Source: Hyphomicrobiales bacterium
Lineage (GTDB): Bacteria; Pseudomonadota; Alphaproteobacteria; Rhizobiales; Aestuariivirgaceae
DNA length: 64,000 bases
NCBI GenBank assembly: GCA_031366855.1
Contig: JANLPA010000021.1
Coordinates: forward strand, 5,814 to 69,813
Direction of reading: 5' to 3'
Shown here: positions 60,042 through 64,000 of the stretch, piece by piece
Layout of the letters: every line of letters begins with the position of its first letter
Position numbering within the stretch: position 1 is the first letter of the stretch
Translations under genes and position numbers: made by a program
The notes under the pieces: generated by a model
Told to the model about the DNA's origin: nothing
The model's input: only the letters and a program-made list of their open reading frames with translations
The model's database searches: none

Positions 60042-61093
60042 TATTTTGTCCAGTGGTTTCTGCGAATTTCATGCCCATGTTCATCCAGTTTTGGAGCTGG
60101 CGCAAGCTGTGCTTTGGGCCTTGCGAAGGCTTGAGCTTGTTTTGCATCCAAAACTTCTGCGGCTGGAATGCCCGCCGCAATAAGCGCTTCAACAGCTTGA
60201 GTTGCCGTCAAAGATTTTGACCAGATTTCGATTGCCGTTCGCAAAGATGCTTCATTGCTGAGGCGCAAGGGATCGCTTGCATAGAACGGATTTGAAAATA
60301 ATTCGGGCTGGCCCATCACATTAGCCAAGGCTTTGAAAAGTTTGTCGTTCAAAACAGCCAAAACAAAGCTCGCGTCCTTTGCTGCAAATGCGCCAAAGGG
60401 TGCAGACAAGGCGTGGCGATTGCCGACACGCGTTGGGGTTATACCAGTTGCACTCAGCCGTGCCGCCACCAAAGGCTGAAGCTGCAACATGCTTTCGAGC
60501 ATGCTGATATCGAGATGTTGCCCAACACCTGTGCTGTGGCGTTGATAGAGCGCAGTCGTGATGGCGTTATAGGCAAAGAGCCCGGCCGTCACATCGCCAA
60601 TGGATTCACCAATCAAAGTGGGTGGGCCATCGGGGGCACCTGTCACCGACATTATGCCGCTCATGGCTTGAATGATAATATCGTAAGCGGGGCGCTTGGC
60701 CATATCTCCGGTTTGGCCAAACCCTGAGATGCTGGTGTAAATCAGTTTTGGATTGAGGGCATGCAGCGCATAAAAGCCAATGCCCAATTTTATTGTAACG
60801 CCGGGCCTGAAATTTTCGACGAGAACGTCGGCGTCTCTTACGAGCGACAGTGCGATTTGCAAATCCTCATGCTTTGTCAGATCGAGAACAATGCTGCGTT
60901 TAGCGCCATTCACTTTCTCAAACAGTGCGCTTGGGCCTTCCTTAGTGAAGGGACCGACATGGCGATAGTCATCGCCAGAAGGGGGCTCAATCTTAATGAC
61001 GTCAGCACCATTGTCGGCGAGCATCGCGGTGCAATAAGGACCAGCAAGCACGCGGGTGAGATCAAGAACTTTGAGGCCATGAAGGGGTTTCAT
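60041..61093 (-). CDS. CaiB/BaiF family III CoA-transferase
   Basis: PL.GLKVLDLTRVLAGP, VENFRPG, SISGFGQTG, catalytic GD. Confidence 0.92.
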   Translation of the reverse strand: MKPLHGLKVLDLTRVLAGPYCTAMLADNGADVIKIEPPSGDDYRHVGPFTKEGPSALFEKVNGAKRSIVLDLTKHEDLQIALSLVRDADVLVENFRPGVTIKLGIGFYALHALNPKLIYTSISGFGQTGDMAKRPAYDIIIQAMSGIMSVTGAPDGPPTLIGESIGDVTAGLFAYNAITTALYQRHSTGVGQHLDISMLESMLQLQPLVAARLSATGITPTRVGNRHALSAPFGAFAAKDASFVLAVLNDKLFKALANVMGQPELFSNPFYASDPLRLSNEASLRTAIEIWSKSLTATQAVEALIAAGIPAAEVLDAKQAQAFARPKAQLAPAPKLDEHGHEIRRNHWTK

Positions 61094-61138
61094 AGGCCAA
61101 CCCTAATCGACCCCACTGCTTACAGCAACGGGCTAGAG

Positions 61139-63049
61139 TTAGGCCGCTGCCAATCTGCCTTTGTGTTCCAAGTATTTCACAATCTCACTTGCCGCCTCTT
61201 CTGCACTCAGGTTTGCCGTATCTATGCGCAGTTCTGGATTTTCTGGCGCTTCATAAGGTGACGAGATGCCGGTAAAGTTTTTGAGCTCGCCTTTGCGCGC
61301 CTTGGCATAGAGACCTTTCACGTCGCGCTTTTCAGCCTCGCCTAATGAAGTGTCGATGTGGATTTCTACAAACTCATCTTTGCCCACGGCCTCACGCGCC
61401 ATCAACCGCTCGGCGCGGAAAGGCGAAATGAAGGAGACAAGCGTGATAAGGCCCGCATCGGTCATTAGCTTGGCGACTTCAGCCACACGGCGGATGTTTT
61501 CTACACGGTCGGCGTCCGTAAATCCTAAATCACGGTTGAGGCCGTGGCGCACGTTATCGCCATCGAGCAAATAAGTGAGTTGGCTTTTCGAGTGCAGTTT
61601 CTTTTCTACTAAGTTTGCGATGGTGGATTTTCCTGCCCCAGAAAGACCTGTGAACCACAAGACAGTTGGCTTCTGCTTCAACAATTTGCCACGCGAGGAT
61701 TTGTTAACATCCATGGCTTGCCAATGAATGTTGGCAGCCCGGCGCAAAGCAAAGTGAATGAGGCCCATGCCCACCGTGGTGTTGGTGAAGCGATCAATGA
61801 CGATGAAGGAACCTAAAGTTTTATTCTCCGTGTACGGAGTAAACGCTAGCGGACCATCCAATTCCAAATTGCACACGCCAATTTCATTGAGTGTCAAAGT
61901 TTCGGCGGCGGTATGTTCCAACGTATTCACATTGGTTTTGTATTTCAACTTATCCAAAGTGCCAGGCAGGGTTTTGGTGCCGGATTTTATGACATAGGGG
62001 CGGCCGGGTAACATGGCCTCGTCGCCCATCCACAACACTTCAACTTCAAATTGGCTGGAAACTTCAATTGGGGATTTGGCAGCGCACAGCACATCACCAC
62101 GGCTGGCATCAACTTCGTCAGCCAGTGTGATGGTTACGGCTTGGTCGGTTGCTGCCTCTTCAAGATCACCACCGTAAGTAACTATGCGGGTTACTTTTGA
62201 GGTTTTGCCTGAAGGCAGCACACGAATTTCATCGCCTGTTTTAATGGTGCCGCTGGCTACAGTTCCAGCAAAGCCGCGGAAATTTTGGTCAGGTCGCGCC
62301 ACCCATTGCACGGGCATGCGGAAGGGCTTGGCCGATTGGTCATCACCCACGGGCACAGTTTCCAAAAAACCCATCAGGGTAGCCCCTTGATACCACGGCA
62401 TATTGGCAGAGCGATCAATGATGTTATCGCCCGCCAGTGCGGATGCTGGAATGCAGGTGATGGTGGCAGTGGTTCCGAGTTGGGCCGCAAAGGAACGATA
62501 ATCTGCTTCGATGGTTTCAAATGTCTCGCGCTTAAAGCCAACCAAGTCCATCTTGTTCACGCAGACGACAAGATTTTTAATGCCCAGCAATGTGGCGATA
62601 AATGAATGGCGGCGTGTCTGCGTGAGAACACCTTTGCGCGCGTCGATCAGAATAATCGCAAGTTCGGCTGTTGATGCGCCGGTTGCCATGTTCCTTGTAT
62701 ATTGTTCATGGCCTGGTGTGTCGGCCACAATGAATTTGCGTTTTGACGTGGTGAAGGCGCGGTAAGCCACGTCTATGGTGATGCCCTGTTCGCGTTCAGC
62801 GGCCAGACCATCCACCAGCAAAGCGAAATCAAGATTCCCACCTTGGGTGCCAAGCTTTTTTGAGTCGGCTTCTAGTGCTGTGAGTTGGTCCTCGAACAGC
62901 ATTTTAGATTCGTAGAGCAAGCGGCCAATGAGCGTGGATTTGCCATCATCAACAGAGCCGCAAGTGATGAAGCGTAGCAGGTCTTTATTTTCTTGTGCGG
63001 TGAGGAAGGCATCAACATCGCCACCTTGGAATTCTACGAAACGTGCCAT
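61139..63049 (-). CDS. cysNC: Bifunctional sulfate adenylyltransferase subunit 1 / APS kinase (CysN/CysC, NodQ-type)
   Basis: GSVDDGKST, EREQGITID, DTPGH, NKMD; C-terminal WFTGLSGAGKST, LDGDNVR. Confidence 0.96.
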   Translation of the reverse strand: MARFVEFQGGDVDAFLTAQENKDLLRFITCGSVDDGKSTLIGRLLYESKMLFEDQLTALEADSKKLGTQGGNLDFALLVDGLAAEREQGITIDVAYRAFTTSKRKFIVADTPGHEQYTRNMATGASTAELAIILIDARKGVLTQTRRHSFIATLLGIKNLVVCVNKMDLVGFKRETFETIEADYRSFAAQLGTTATITCIPASALAGDNIIDRSANMPWYQGATLMGFLETVPVGDDQSAKPFRMPVQWVARPDQNFRGFAGTVASGTIKTGDEIRVLPSGKTSKVTRIVTYGGDLEEAATDQAVTITLADEVDASRGDVLCAAKSPIEVSSQFEVEVLWMGDEAMLPGRPYVIKSGTKTLPGTLDKLKYKTNVNTLEHTAAETLTLNEIGVCNLELDGPLAFTPYTENKTLGSFIVIDRFTNTTVGMGLIHFALRRAANIHWQAMDVNKSSRGKLLKQKPTVLWFTGLSGAGKSTIANLVEKKLHSKSQLTYLLDGDNVRHGLNRDLGFTDADRVENIRRVAEVAKLMTDAGLITLVSFISPFRAERLMAREAVGKDEFVEIHIDTSLGEAEKRDVKGLYAKARKGELKNFTGISSPYEAPENPELRIDTANLSAEEAASEIVKYLEHKGRLAAA

Positions 63050-63960
63050 CAGAAATATCCTTCCTGCTTTTTCTTTTCCATCGAAGCTGATTGATCTTTA
63101 TCAATCACGCGGCCTTGGCGTTCGGAAGAGGTGGCCACTAACATTTCTTCGATAATGTCGAGAAGCGAAGTGGCGTTGGATTCAATTGCACCTGTCAACG
63201 GGTAACAACCTAAAGTGCGAAAGCGGATTTTTTTCATCATAGGTGTTTCGCCGGGCAGCAGACGCATGCGGTCATCATCAACCATAATCAACTGGCCATC
63301 GCGTTCCACCACGGGGCGTTCAGCTGCAAAATACAGAGGCACAATGGGAATATTCTCACGGTGAATATATTGCCAGATATCGAGCTCGGTCCAATTTGAA
63401 AGCGGAAATACGCGGATCGACTCGCCCTTATTTTTACGAGCGTTATAGAGGTTCCACAATTCAGGGCGCTGGTTCTTGGGGTCCCAGCGATGCTTGGTGT
63501 CGCGGAAAGAAAATATGCGCTCCTTGGCACGGGATTTTTCTTCGTCGCGGCGCGCGCCACCAAAGGCGGCATCAAAACCATGTCTATCGAGCGCTTGTTT
63601 CAAGCCTTCGGTTTTCATAATTTGGGTGTGCAGGGCTGAGCCATGATCAAAGGGGTTGATGTCTTTGGCAATGCCTTCAGGGTTGATGTGGACAATGAGA
63701 TCAAGCCCTAAACGTTTTGCGGTTTCATCGCGCAGCGAAATCATGTCGCGGAATTTCCAACGTGTATCCACATGCATCAAAGGGAAAGGCGGCTTGGCAG
63801 GATAGAAAGCTTTCATCGCCAAATGCAACATCACGGCTGAATCTTTGCCTACCGAATAAAGCATCACGGGTTTTTCGCATTCAGCCGCCACTTCACGGAT
63901 GATGTGAATGGATTCTGCTTCAAGCTTTTCCAAGTGAGTCATGCGGTGTGGAGCGATCAT
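63049..63960 (-). CDS. cysD: Sulfate adenylyltransferase subunit 2
   Basis: [49 protein letters not shown]. Confidence 0.97.
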   Translation of the reverse strand: MIAPHRMTHLEKLEAESIHIIREVAAECEKPVMLYSVGKDSAVMLHLAMKAFYPAKPPFPLMHVDTRWKFRDMISLRDETAKRLGLDLIVHINPEGIAKDINPFDHGSALHTQIMKTEGLKQALDRHGFDAAFGGARRDEEKSRAKERIFSFRDTKHRWDPKNQRPELWNLYNARKNKGESIRVFPLSNWTELDIWQYIHRENIPIVPLYFAAERPVVERDGQLIMVDDDRMRLLPGETPMMKKIRFRTLGCYPLTGAIESNATSLLDIIEEMLVATSSERQGRVIDKDQSASMEKKKQEGYF

Positions 63961-64000
63961 GGTTTTTGCTACCTGTTGAATTTGGGTGCTGCGGATAAAG

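Noticed and set aside
61139-63960. nodPQ as a sign of nodulation ability
   Set aside because: No nodABC or nodH in the window; cysD-cysNC is widespread in non-symbionts.

Overview
64 kb of gene-dense bacterial chromosome (about 50% GC by eye, short or overlapping intergenic gaps). Gene content and promoter motifs point to an alphaproteobacterium, probably Hyphomicrobiales/Rhizobiales-like (inference). In order it holds: (1) an uncharacterised sugar/polyol catabolic cluster with two FGGY kinases, a FucA-like class II aldolase, a Tat-type solute-binding protein, and back-to-back glycerol-1-phosphate and glycerol-3-phosphate dehydrogenase homologues; (2) iolR-iolC-iolD-iolB without iolE; (3) LOG + beta-CASP nuclease divergent from PPK2; (4) a 23-kb Wzx/Wzy exopolysaccharide locus with GDP-fucose, UDP-GlcA and UDP-xylose genes, a sulfotransferase, two Wzy/ligase-like proteins and a Ser/Thr/Pro-tailed secreted protein; (5) a RutR-controlled pyrimidine/ureide uptake and degradation cluster; (6) a PotABCD-like transporter whose ATPase is split by a 4-bp duplication, followed by a NylB-like hydrolase; (7) acyl-CoA dehydrogenase, CoA transferase and cysD-cysNC. 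Two copies of a composite palindromic repeat are present. I saw no rRNA, tRNA, CRISPR, integrase or transposase. All product calls come from motif recognition by eye, not database searches.
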